Shown here piece by piece: positions 1-32,928 of a stretch of DNA of 64,000 nucleotides (its first letter is position 1; the number at the start of each line of letters is the position of its first letter). The translations under genes were made by a program, and so were the position numbers. The notes beneath the pieces were generated by a model. That model did not search any database. It had not been told where the DNA came from and was given only the letters and a program-made list of their open reading frames with translations. This stretch comes from Malacoraja senta (Eukaryota). The stretch lies in assembly GCA_038087875.1 (NCBI GenBank), contig CM075987.1:23686001-23750000 (forward strand). The letters are read 5' to 3'.

Positions 1-1414
1 TTCTAAAACTCATCTGGGCAGAAACAGACTGGTTTCAATCTGCAACTCGTTTACGCTCTTATTGGTAAATATATCATCGTGTATCATTTATTTTAAAAAA
101 AAGAAGCTATGTTCACTCTGCTCACCGCTCTCAAAATTGACGCCCTCTCTTAACTGCTTGATTAATCTGGCACAACTCCACGATGTTTATCTAAAAAGTT
201 CAAGAAACGAGCTTAGTTTTTTTAAATCACGAAGACAGATTGTAAGAACAGGTCCTTCAATCGCTCTACAGTTTGTATGCATCTTTCTTGTCAAAGTAGT
301 AAAGCAGCACATATTTATTTCAAGCCTTTTTAGAGTTGGTTGGTTGCTTGAGCAGATTCACGTTAACTTTGCAACTTGCTTGTCTGTGTGATCATTGAAT
401 ACAAGTAGAGATTGCAGTCACTGTGGAGAGGGTGGTTCCTGGTTTCCAATAATTTATCTATGGCAACACCTTTAATTCACATCGGATGCAGTCCTGATGC
501 TGTGTCTAATCGGAAAAACTCAATATACAAACAAACTGTTGTCAACTCAAGCGGGAGATGCAAACTATATTCATTACACAGGTCTGTTTTATGCCTCCCC
601 TAACCCCAGACCTAAAAAGGGATCATAAAACAGTAGAGGCCCTTATGCCTACAATGCCTGGGCCAAACATAATGTCAAGAACTCTCAACCTGCGCTTGAT
701 CCATATCGCTCCATTCCCTGCATATCCATGTGCCCATCCAAAAGCCTTTAAATATCACTATCCTATTTTACTCCACAACTATCCCTGACAGAACATTCCA
801 GGCACCCATCACTCTACAATAAAAAACGTTTGCCTTGCGCATCTCCTTTAAACGTCGCCCCTTTTTATTACTTCAGAACTGGATAAGCCATTGATCCTTT
901 GATGCGGGTATCAGGTTATTATGGGGAGAAGGCAGGAAAATGGGGTTAGGAGGGAGATAGATCAACCATGATTGAATGGCGGCGTAGACTTGATGGGCCG
1001 AATGGCCTAATTCTACTACTATCACTTATGACCTTATGATCCTGTTCTCCCAGTTAACCTTGGTTCACCTGTCGCACAATCTATGCTCCCCCCCCCCCCC
1101 CCCCCCCCGATCATTTTCATTGATATCCAAAAAATGTCCATTCGGCTCAATGTTGAAATATTCAACAATTTATTTTGGAAAAGGTGAAAAATGTTGCACT
1201 TTTCCACTCTTATCTGTTGAAAAAAATGCTCCCTGATACCAGCTCAAAATAGCATGCTATAATCATAAATAGGAGTTATTAGAAAACTCTGAGGCAGGCA
1301 GCATCTGCGACAGGGAGAAACAGAAATAATATTTCAGGTTAAAGACCCTCTTCAGCAGCGAGTTGTAATTATAAGATTGTGTGTCCACCAGATAGTTTTC
1401 TCCCTCTATCATTG

Positions 1415-1813
1415 AGATTGAGGGGGGATTCTTATAGAAACTTACAAGATTCTTAAGGGGTTGGACAGGCTAGATGCAGGAAGATTGTTCCCGATGTTGG
1501 GGAAGTCCAGAACAAAGGGGTTCACAGTTTAAGGATAAGGGGGAAGTCTTTTAGGACCGAGATGAGAAAATCATTTTTCACACAGAGAATGGTGAATCTG
1601 TGGAATTCTCTGCCACAGAAGGTAGTTGAGGCCAGTTCATTGGCTATATTTAAGAGGGAGTTAGATGTGGCCCTTGTGGCTAAAGGGATCAGGGGGTATG
1701 GAGAGAAGGCAGGTACAGGATACTGAGTTGGATGATCAGCCATGATCATATTGAATGGCGGTGCAAGCTCGAAGGGCCGAATGGCCTACTCCTGCACCTA
1801 TTTTCTATGTTTC
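1415..1813 (+). mobile_element. CR1 LINE 3' fragment (young subfamily)
   Basis: Nearly identical to 24776-25095; ends with the typical ggccgaatggcctactcctgcacctattttctatgtt tail. Confidence 0.9.
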
Positions 1814-4142
1814 TCTCATCAGCACTTTAAAAAATAGTTATGTTGTTTTGTAAAAAAATTTTTGAAACATTGTTTAAGTCAAAAAAGCTTGAGCAGTATA
1901 TTTTAACTACCTACATCTAATCATTTAGTTAATGAGCAGAAGATGTGTTGTTCTGTTCTGCTTTATGGAGCAAAGCAGAAACAGGGAGCTGTGGGGACTT
2001 GTCTTGCATCCCAAGAGTACCGTTACTGACACCTTGCTTACTGACTTAGTTTGAAGGTTTGCAATGAATAAATCAGAACTCTGATGTGTTCATGTGAAAC
2101 ATGAGTTTTAAAAGCTATTGTTTGTGGGATCACATTCTAAGATTCCGAGTTCAATGGAACTCAGATAATTTGGCATCGTTTAACCTGGAATGTGAGCCGG
2201 GGGTCTAGTGTTTGCCAGCAAGGTGTGTGGCCAAAGCCAGAGGCCGGACGGTGGGTCGTGTGTTGGACCCTGGAACACAAGGGGTCAGGAAATGTGGATA
2301 CCCTTATGGGTATCAGGGTCTGCATTGCTTCTATATATTTATTGTGTCCTTTAATCTCACCAGGTTTGCAAAACAATTATTATATCATGTGCAGGAAGGA
2401 ACTGCAGATGCTGGTTTAAACTGAAGATAGGCACAAAAAGCTGGAGTAACTGAGCGGGACTGGCAGCATCTCTGGAGAAAAGGGAATGGGTGACGATTCG
2501 GGTCGAGATTATAATCATTGTGTAACATGTAAGCGAAGAGAAATCAAGCTCGGTTTTGGGTGTTAGACACTAAAAGCTGGAGTAACTCAGCGGGTCAGAC
2601 AGCATCTCTGGAGGGGATCAACGTGAGAAGTTGCAGAACTCGTCGGAGAGAGGAGAACTTCTTCAAAGTTGGCATACCTTGAGGAGATTTAGCAGTGGAG
2701 CAGACAGAATGTGTGGTAAGGAACTGCAGATGCAGGTTTAACCGAGATGCTATCTGACCCACTGTGTCACTCCAGCTTTTTTGTGTCTGTTTTGGTGTTA
2801 ATAGGAATAATGTACACTCGCCTGGAACATCTGCCAGTCTGGCATTAGCAGTCCCAAGGGTGCCGAATTATCAGCGTTTCACTGTGGTTTGGTTTGAGGT
2901 TTGGTTGGGATTTTAGAGAAGCCTACAGATTATTTGTTGTTTTTTTGATAAGATATCACAGAGGAATTTGGTTTGTCTGATGTTTTGTGGTTACTTGAGT
3001 GTGTGTGTATGCTGTATGTGGTGAGAGTGTGTGTGTGTGTGTGAGAGAGAGTGAGTGTGTGTTTGTGTTGTGTTTGCAGAGTCATGGGTAGCTTTATTGG
3101 GGTTTTGCATTAGTTTGGAGTTTGGTAATGAACAGGTTGCATCGTTTTTGGGTATTTGATTCTGGTGGCATTGTGGCCAACATGGAGCTTCAAATAGTTG
3201 TAATGAATTTTGTGGGGTATTGGATGGGTGGTGCTGTATTTGCTGGCTGGGTTGCGGTTGTTTCTCAGGTGTTTGGTTTGTGGATATTTGAGTTATCGGG
3301 GTATTTCTGGGGGTATTTGCGGTGTGGCAGGGGATTGAGGGTTATTTGACGTGTGGATAGTTCTGACACTGCTTTTAGAGTCATAGAGTGATACAGCGTG
3401 AAACAGGCCCTTCGGCCCAACTTGCCCTCACGGCCAACATGTCCCAGCTACACTGGTCCCACCTGCCCGCGTTTGGTCCATATCCCTCCAAACCGGTCCT
3501 ATCCATGTACCTGTCTAAACTGTTCCTGAAACGTTCGGACAGTCCCAGCCTCAACTACCTCCTCTGGCAACCTGTTCCACACACACACACACACACCACC
3601 CTTTGTGTGAAACTTTTGGAGCATTTTAAATGATATGATGAAAGTCATCAGTGATGAACGACTTGCATTGTTACATGACTTAAGATAATCTTTTCATGGT
3701 AATTCATAAGATCATTATTTTCTGGTTTTTGATAGTACTACCTTCAGACTAAAGTTAGCATTGTGATGTTATCGTATCATGTATGGTCGTAGAGCACTGC
3801 GACATGCCCTTCGGCCCAATTTCATGCAAGCAAGATGCCACATCTAAGCCTGACTATAGGTACAGGAGTAGACCCTTCGGCCCTTCGAGCCAGCACCGCC
3901 ATTCAATGTGATCATGGCTGATCATCCACAATCAGTACCCAGTTCCTGCCTTCTCCCCATATCCCCTGACTCCGCTATCTTCAAGAGCCCTATCTAGCTC
4001 TCTCTTGAAAGTATCCAGAGAATCGGCCTCCACCGCAGTTCTGTTAGCCCTTGCTGTCTCCTCCCCTTCCCAGCTCCGCCCTCAGCCATTGGGCTCCTCC
4101 TTTTTCCTTTCTTCTCCCCGCCCCCTCCCACCCCCCATCAGT

Positions 4143-4170
4143 CTGAAGAAGGGTTTCGGCCCGAAACGTT
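4143..4170 (+). ncRNA. Minimal hammerhead ribozyme core (Penelope-associated)
   Basis: CUGAAGA-A-GGGU(UUCG)GCCC-GAAA-C-GUU. Confidence 0.7.
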
Positions 4171-5104
4171 GCCTATTTCCTTCGCTCCATAGATGCTGCT
4201 GCACCCGCTGAGTTTCTACAGCATTTTTTGTGTACCTGGGATTTTCCAGCATCTGCGGTTCCTTCTTAAAAACTCTGAGGCAGAGAATTGTGTTTGGCCC
4301 AGCTCCCTTTAGCCCCTTCCTATCCATGTACATATCCAAATATATTTCAAATGCTGTTGCAATACATGTCTCAACTACTTTCTCTGGCAGCTTGTTCCAT
4401 ATACCTACCACCCTCTGATTGAAAAAGTTGTCCCCTCGTGTTCCTATTAAATCTCTCCCCTCTCACCTTAAACCTATGTCCCCTGGTACTTGATTTCCCC
4501 TCCCTGGGTAAAAGATTCAGTGCATTCACCTTATCTATTCCACATGGTGTAGACGTCAATGGCTTTTTCTTTGTTGGATAACAGCTTTAGTTTATGCTCT
4601 GTGAATGGTTTCAGTTCTCATATTTCCTAATAGCCCTGTTGCTTTGTCATGTGCATTGAATGCCTTTGTGAGATCAACAACAAGCCTGTAAAATACTCTG
4701 AAGTTCCGGATATCATGAAATGCATGACCAACATCATTTATCTTTGATGCCTCTCTGACTGACACAATAACCTGGATTATTTTGGTACTTAGATAACGTA
4801 CAATCTGATGGTAAAAATCCAGTATTTATTCTGAAGAAGGTTTTCGGCCCAAAACGTTGCCTGTTTCCTTTGCTCCATAGATGCTGCCTCACCCGCTGAG
4901 ATTCTCAGCATTTTTGTCTACATTCATTTCTAGATTTTGTTTTCAATGTGTCCACCTTTCAGCAGGGAGCTACTTACGGTGCCCTCCATAATGTTTGGGG
5001 ACAAAGACCCATCATTTATTATTTGCCTCTGTACTCCACAATTTGAGATTTGTAATAGAAAACATCACATGAGGTTAAAGTGCACATTGTCAGATTTTAT
5101 CTAA

Positions 5105-5593
5105 AAGGCCTGTCTCACGGGTATGCGGTTACTGGCGGTGAAGCAGGAAGTCGGGACCGCTCGTGGACCGCCAGAGACCGCGCATGGCCCGCGGGGTCGG
5201 TCCCACGCACACCGCATGGTGCTCACAAAAAGTCGACAACGTTAAAAAATGTTGTCCTACCGCACAGCCGCCGCCAGTGCGGCACGAGCAGCGCCGCGAG
5301 CTGCACGAGCAGCGCCACAGCGCCGCGAGCCGAATTGACGTCATCGCTTAGCGCATTGCGTTGCGCGATGACGTCTTCACCCGACGCCGCGTGACATCCA
5401 TTCCAGTCGGCCCGTGGGACAGGCCGTGCGGTGACCACCCGGCATACGTGCGGCAACAGCTTCCGGTAAGGTTAAACTTACCACATGCTCGTGGGACATA
5501 TCCGCGCGGCGCTCCCGCAGTAGCCGCGCGGTCCCCGCTTCCGCGGACGCCGCGCTTCACCACCAGTAACTGCCTGCCGGTGGGACAGGGCCG
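5105..5593. mobile_element. PIF/Harbinger-like MITE (GC-rich) in the Tc1 left TIR
   Basis: Ends AAGGCCTGTCTCAC and GTGGGACAGGGCCG, flanked by TAA on both sides. Confidence 0.7.
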
Positions 5594-5705
5594 TAAGGGT
5601 ATTTCTATACATTACAGCAGAAATCACAGCAGTGTTTATACATAGTCCCCCCATTTCAAGGCACAATAATGTTTGGGACACAGCAATGTCATGTAAATGA
5701 AAGTA

Positions 5706-6737
5706 GTATTTTGTTGCATATCATTTGCATGCAATGACTGCTTGAAGTCTGTAATTCATGGACATCACCAGTTGCTGGGTGTCTTCTCTGGTGATGCTAT
5801 GCCAGGCCTGTATTGCAGCCATCTTTAGCTTATGCTTGTTTAGGGGGCTAGCCCTCTTCAGTTTTCTCTTCAGCATATAAAAGGCATGCTCATTTGGGTT
5901 CAGATCAGGTGATTGACTCGGCCACTCAAGAATTTACCATTTTTAAGCTTTGAAAAACTCCTTTGTTGCTTTAGCAGTATGTTTGGGATCATTGTCTTGC
6001 TGTAGAATTAACCGCCAGCCAATGAGTTTTGAGGCATTTGTTTGAACTTGAGCAGATAGGATGTGTCTATACATTTCAGAATTCAATATGCTACTACCAT
6101 CAGCAGTTGTATCATCAATGAAGATAAGTGAGCCAGTTCCTTCAGCAGCCATACTTGCCCAGGACATAACACCCCCATCACCGTGTTTCACAGATGAGGT
6201 GGTATGCTTTGGATCTTGGGCAGTTCCTTCTCTCCTCCATACTTTGCTCTTGCCATCACTGTGATATAAGTTAATCTTCGTCTCATCTGTCCACAAGACT
6301 TTTTCCAGAACTGTAGTTGCTCTTTTAAGTACCTCTTGGCAAACTAACCCGGCCATCCTATTTTTGCAGCAAACCAGTGGTTTGCATCTTGCAATGTAGC
6401 CTCTGTATTTCTGTTCATGAAGTCTTCTGCGGACAGTGGTCATTGACAAATCCACACCTGACTCCTAAAGGGTGTTTCTGATCTGTCGGACAGGTGTTTG
6501 GGGATTTTTCTTTATTGCAGTGAGAATTCTTTTGTCATCAGCTGTGGAGGTCTTCCTTGGCCAGCCAGTCCCTTTGCGATTAGTAAGCTCACCAGTGATC
6601 TCTTTCTTCTTACTGATGTTCCAAACAGTTGATTTTGGTAAGCCGCAGGTTTGGCTGATGTCTCGAACAGTTTTATTCTTGTTTCTCAGTCTCATAATGG
6701 CTTCTTTGACTTTCATTGGCTCAACTTTGGTCCTCAT
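5706..6737 (-). pseudogene. Tc1 transposase pseudogene
   Basis: HTH region (MRTKVEPMKVKEAI...GLPKSTVWNI), VLWTDETK, QQDNDPKH, and after in-frame stops WPSQSPDLNPNE. There are 34 positions between the second D and E. Several stops and frameshifts. Confidence 0.92.
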
Positions 6738-7052
6738 GTTGATAAACAGCAATAAAAATTTCCAAAGGTGATGGAAAGACTGGAGGAAAGACTCGGTGCT
6801 GAGAGCTCTCTTATACCTGCATTAAGGAGGTATTTAAACACACCTGAGCAATTACAAACACCTGTGAAGCCCAAACATTATGGTGCCCTAAAATGGGGGG
6901 GGGGGGGGGGGGGGGGAGACAGACAATGTATAAACACAGCTGTAATTTCTACATGGTGAAACCAAAATGTATAAAAATGGCCTTTAATAAAATCTGACCA
7001 TGTGCACTTTAACCGCGTGTGGTTGCAAATCTAACCACGTGATTGCAAATCT

Positions 7053-7768
7053 TTTTTATTTTTATTTTATTAGAAGTAAGTACAATTGTATACAATCATA
7101 TTTTCATAATACATTTTATGTACAGCTTCTTATTTTTAAATTTTTTATAATAAAGAAGAAAAAGAAAAATAAGTTAGATAATGAAAAATAGAAAAATGTG
7201 AGATATATAGTGTGTGGAAAAGAAAAATAGAGAGTGAAAGAAGAAAGTTAAAGAGTAGAAAATAGGAAAAAGAGAATAAAAGAAGTAAGGAGATCTTATT
7301 TATAATCTTGACCATCCCTCGCCCAGTCACGGATTAGCTTTTACAATTGTGTTGCACCATATGTTTCCAAACAGACGACAAATGGAGACCAACTCGTTGT
7401 GAATTGGTCAAATTTATCTATTAGGAGGAATCGCATTTCCTCAAGATGTGCGGTATCCAACATACTTGCAATCCACATTTTGAGCGTTGTTATTGGTGTA
7501 TTTTTCCAAAATTTCAATATTAATTTTTTTGCTATTATTAAACCATAATTAAAAAAGAATTTTTGAGATGGATTCAATTTATTCCCATCTTCCATTACCC
7601 CAAATATAATCAATTCATTATTAGGTTCCATTTTTATCTTAATTAATTTTGTGAATATTTCGAAAATATCACTCCAAAATCTATAAAGTTTTATACAGGA
7701 AACAAAAGAGTGTGCTATAGTTGCATCTTGGGTTAAACATTTATCGCAAGTGGGGGATATATTTGGGT
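7053..7768 (-). mobile_element. L1-type LINE 3' fragment (ORF2 C-terminal Cys/His region, 3' UTR, A-rich tail) inserted in the Tc1 right TIR
   Basis: ORF 7341-7787 reads YPNISPTCDKC...TIAHSFVSC...FW. A-rich tail at about 7052-7072. TSD ATTGCAAATCT at 7042-7052 and 7769-7779. Confidence 0.85.
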
Positions 7769-10700
7769 ATTGCAAATCTAACCGCAAATCTCAAATTGTG
7801 GAGTCCAGAGGCAAATAAATAAATGACGGGTCTTTGTCCCAAACATTATGGAGGGCATTGTTTTCCCAGGATTCTAATTGGGGTTTTTGGTCAAAGTTTT
7901 GAATACATCATGTAATGTTCAAAATGCTAAACGAATGTTCAACTCACAGCTAACCAAAACAAAGAATTTCGTAGTACCTAGGTACATATGACAATAAAGT
8001 ATAATTGAATATGATGCATAAAAATGTCTGGTGTGAATCGGAAATACATATAATGGAACAGGCAGAGAGAAATTAATGACTGGCTTATCTTATTTTATCT
8101 TTGAGGTCCACCTAGAAATTAATTGAAAATGGCTACTCTACCACAGGTAGTTGAGTTTAGTTTATTGTCACATGTGGCGGTGCTGGCTCAAAGGGCCGAA
8201 TGGCCTACTCCACCTATTGTCTACAGTACAGTTAGACATATCTTCAGTGTTTGTACATGCTCCGGTTTTCCTTCATTGAAAACATTCTGCCTTTTTCTTC
8301 TTTTAAGATGGTCACTAGATACCACTTGAACCAAACTATCTCAATAGACCTTCCTTAGCTCAGCGTCTAATGTCTATTGCTTAGGAAGGAACTGCAGATT
8401 CGGGTTTAAACTGTAGATAGACACAAAAAGCTGGAGTAACTCAGCGGGCCAGACAGCATCTCTGTAGAAAAGGAATAGGTGACGTTTTGGGAAGAGGGAC
8501 TCGACCCAAAATGTCACCCTATTCCTTTTCTCCAGAGATATTGTCTGACCCGCTGAGTTACTCCAGCATTTTATATCCAATATCTATTCTCTTAACTGAA
8601 ATGTCTTGAAGTGTTTTACCGTATTAATGGTGTGATGTAAATTCAAGATGTTGCATTGGAATGTTGTGATAAACAGTTTGCCTAATAGCTACCTCTCGAT
8701 ACCATCCACACTCTTGGGGGAATGATTATGTTTAAAAGGGAAGCATATTGGTCAACTGATACAGAAATTCTGTCTGTGTCTGTTACAGAAGATATTAAAG
8801 TGGTCTTTCGACAGGGCGGTTATAACTTTAAAAAAAGTTTGATAGGGTCTTGGATGCCTAACTTCACAAGGAATCCAGGATCATAGGGAGGGAGTAGAGA
8901 GGATTCAGTAAGGTGTTCCTAAAGGTGAAGGATTTTGTGAGGGAAGAAAATAGTGCGTTTCTCATTCGAATTAACAGTATTTTACTTGGGGAAATTTGGG
9001 GAGTACTATTTCTAGTCATTAATTTCTGAGTAACCAGAGGGCGGTGCATTAAAACAAGGAAGGAGAATTCTAAAGAACTTTTTGCAGGCTAAGAATAACT
9101 TTAAGTAGATATAAATACAAAAATGACCAACATTTAACATGTTCTGTGGAATGGGCAAAATATGAGTCTTTCACAGAAAGAGTGTATGTGTGATGGATTG
9201 AATAACCTGCTGCAAAGCAATGATGGTGCTTTTATACTTCACTATGGTTTATGGGATGTTTTTAGGTTAGGAACTATCTCCAACAGCCCCACACGGGATG
9301 GTGAGTGATAGAAGCAGGATCATGACAACTGCTGACGCTGGTTCGCACTGATGATCAACACAAAATGCTGGAGTAACTCAGTGGGACGGGCAGCATCAAT
9401 GGAGAGAAGGAATGGGTGAAGTTTCGGGTCGAAACCCTTCTTCAGTCAACCCGAAACGTCACACATTCCTTCTCTCCAGAGATGCTGCCTGTCAATAGAC
9501 AATAGGTGCAGGAGTAGGCCATTCGGCCCTTCGAGCCAGCACCCCCATTCAATGTGATCATGGCTGATCATCCCCAATCAGTACCCCGTTCCTGCCTTCT
9601 CCCCATATCCCCTGACTCCGCTATTTTTAAGAGCCCTATCTAGCTCTCTCTTGAAAGCATCCAGTGAACATGCCTCCACCGCTCTCTGAAGCAGAGAACT
9701 CCGCAAACTCACCACTCTCTGTGAGAAAAAGTGTTTCCTCGTCTCCATTCTAACTGTCCTACTGAGTTACTCCAGCACTTTGTGTCTATCTTCATGAGAG
9801 GTTGGATATCAAAGTGAAAGGTTGAGTTCCTCAAGGGTAATGGCATGAGGGACTGAATGGGCTTTATTTACCGCGCTACATGTTCTTTTACCCATTGAAA
9901 TGCTGAGTATTTGTTCTGTATACTCAGCCGCATACACATTGAGTGCAGATGGATGCAATCCCAAGTACTAGCTGCAATAAAAAATTGAGCCTCCGTGCTC
10001 CGCAGTTCAAAACTGTGAACTTTTATTGCTCATCCTTCTTTTGCCCACGAGCAGCCTTTTTGAACTGTGCCAAATTATTCTGGGTTAGATCATAAGACAT
10101 TGGAGCAGAATTAGTCCATTCAACCCATCGAGTCTGCTCTGCCATTCGATCATGGCTGAACTATTTTTCCCTCTCAACCCCATTCTCCTGTCTTCCCCCC
10201 CCTCCACAACCTTTGACACCTTTACTAATCAAGAACCGATCAATCTCCATTTAAAAAATACCTACCACCTCCTGTGGAAATGAATTGCACAGATCTGTCA
10301 CCCTCGGGCCAAAGAAATTCCTCCTTGTCTCCATTCTAAGACGTACAACACAGATTCTTAGGCGGATTGCATCTTCTCTTCCGTGTTTTTCCAATCCTTT
10401 TTCTCTTTAGACATTTTTTGTCTTTTGCCCTCTCTTCCATAACCTCTATCCTGTATTTCACACCCCTGATGCCTGTGCCACCTCAGATTAATGAACATCA
10501 GAGACGAGAATCTGGGGCTGAGATGCACCTTGTTGGATAGGGTGCTCTAATTCATTGAAGACCTTTGAACAATTTTACTCGGACATTATCTTGTACTCTA
10601 TGATATACCCTGTATCTGTACACTGTAGACGGCTTGATTGTAATCATGTATTGTCTTTTTGTTAACTGGAGAGCACGCAACAAAAAAGATTTTCACTGTA

Positions 10701-11330
10701 CCTCGGTGACAACAATAACTTAAACTAATTCCAGATTAATCTGTGTGTCTTCTTTTCCTGTCCTGCAACAGACTTTGGCTATTTTTAGTCACTTGGTATT
10801 TCATAATCTTTTGAAAACATGACACAATCAAACAATTAGCATAAATTGGGCATGTGAGGTAACCTACTGACAAATTTCGTCACGCAACCTGCCCGGTTTC
10901 CCTGTCAGTTCTTGTTGATAGCTGTGTGTTGCTGGCTGGGTGATTTTACAACATCGTATGGTGTATGATGTAAAAGACATGTGAGGATGGTCTCATCAAC
11001 TTCCATCTCTGGTTCAAGTTTGTAAAGTAAACAGAGGCTCTAATTGCAAGCACCTGATGCCAGCACAGACTAACCTTGCACTCAACTAGTGGGCCTGGGA
11101 TTTGCACGTCTTTGGAGTTTACTGAGAATCGTGATAGTCACCAGAGTCGGTCACTCGCTACTGTCTGGCTCCAAGCGTGCTGCAAGCAAAATAATTTATT
11201 GGATTGCAAAGTGATTATTAATACCGTACCTTGGACAAAACCTCTTCCCACCATCTTCCTTGCAGCAGATTAACTTTCAATGTCATGCTCAGTGCAAGCT
11301 GTTAGCACAAAATTACTGGTTCAATCCAGT

Positions 11331-11638
11331 GGCAGCATGGTGGCGCAGCGGTAGAGTTGTTGCATTACAGCGCCAGAGACTCGGGTTCGACCTGACTACT
11401 GGTGCTGTTTGTGTGGAGTTTGTACGTTCTCCCTGTGACTGCGCAGGTTTTCTCCGGGTACTCAGGTTTCCTCTCAAACTCCAAAGACGTACAGGTTTGT
11501 AGGTTAATTGGCTTGGTATAATTGTAAACTGTCCCTATTGTGTGTTGGATAACGTTAATGTGTGGGGATCGCTGGTTGGAGCAGACTCGGTGGGCCCAAG
11601 GGCCTGATTCCATGCTGTATGTCGAAACTAAACTGAAC
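11331..11638 (+). mobile_element. tRNA-derived V-SINE (HE1-like)
   Basis: A box TGGCGCAGCGG, B box GGTTCGACC, V-domain-like tgtggagtttgtacgttctccc...ggtttcctc, CR1-like tail, (aaact)n end. Confidence 0.85.
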
Positions 11639-11774
11639 AATCTCCAAAAGAACAACGTCTCATGTTGATCTTTGGTGTGATGCAGCCTGTTTCACGTCAC
11701 TTGACCTCTTGTCATCTCATTCTAACGTGACTTTTTTTATTTTTACAGGTTGCACCGTGGGCGAGAGGTTGGAG

Positions 11775-11837
11775 ATGGGATTTGAATCGGCTCTGGGGGC
11801 CGTTGAGCAAGAAAGAGAGTCGAGAGGTTGCCATTGA
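11775..11837 (+). promoter_or_regulatory. Upstream ORF (20 codons, [20 protein letters not shown]) in the putative BRD3 5' UTR
   Basis: gagATGg (strong Kozak context) at 11775 reads to TGA at 11835-11837. Depends on 11749 being the true exon start. Confidence 0.55.
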
Positions 11838-11863
11838 TGTGTAACGTGTCGTGGTGCCTACAG

Positions 11864-32277
<20,414 letters not shown>

Positions 32278-32875
32278 GTAAGTGAGAAGATTTGTGGAAC
32301 CGCAGTGGATTTTGTGTTATGTGAACTGTAATGAGTCGTAAGTGTATGAATTACATGATTGCATTTCTCATTCATTCTCCTTGCTCCCCAATCCTGTTAA
32401 AGTGTTCCTTTTCCATGCAGCTCTGCTACCTTGCCCAGTCACCATTTTCCACGTGTCACCTCTCAGCGAGTGCGACGCATGCTGCATTAATGGCCATCCT
32501 GTCCTCATTCCACCATTTTACATACAATGGAGTCATTGCAAAGTGATCAGGTCAGAGGACCGTACACATCCTCCGTCCCCGAGCTCACCGGGAACAGATA
32601 TCTCCCTGCCTTGGCTTACAGGGAACAGACTGCTCACTTCCTTGGCATCTCCCATCCTGTGTGATATGCTGACGCTGTCCGATGGTCCACCAGCAAACAC
32701 AGTGACAGCAAAGAGTAGGCCCAGTAGAGCCTTGGATTAACCTGGGGCAAAGGGTTAACAAACCTGCTCCGACGTTTGCACATGTTGTTTCTGTCTCAGT
32801 AAATATGCAAGTTGAATGCTGGAGCTGAATCCTGGTGATCATTGTACAAACGCATGGTTTTGCCAGCATAGTGCA

Positions 32876-32928
32876 AATGGTCCAGATATTTTAAATGGTC
32901 CAGATATTTTAAATAGTCCAGATATTTT
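32876..32928. repeat. Tandem repeat, 18 bp x 3
   Basis: aaatggtccagatatttt repeated. Confidence 0.9.

Larger units (their letters stand above)
4977..7860 (-). mobile_element. Tc1-family DNA transposon (IR-DR type, DD34E), decayed, with nested insertions in both TIRs
   Basis: Left end TA|CGGTGCCCTCCATAATGTTTGGG; right end CCCAAACATTATGGAGGGCATTG. Inner direct repeats near 5666 and 6870. Transposase on the - strand. Confidence 0.92.

Noticed and set aside
1..600. BRD3 non-coding first exon or promoter
   Set aside because: Unique AT-rich sequence without a CpG island or supportable exon signal; exon 1 is probably upstream of the window.
5080..5645. CpG island/promoter or GC-rich ORFs
   Set aside because: The GC-rich block lies exactly within a MITE bounded by TIRs and a TAA duplication.
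11331..11400. tRNA genes at A/B-box motifs, here and at many similar sites
   Set aside because: Each continues into a V-SINE body and LINE-like tail; they are SINE heads.
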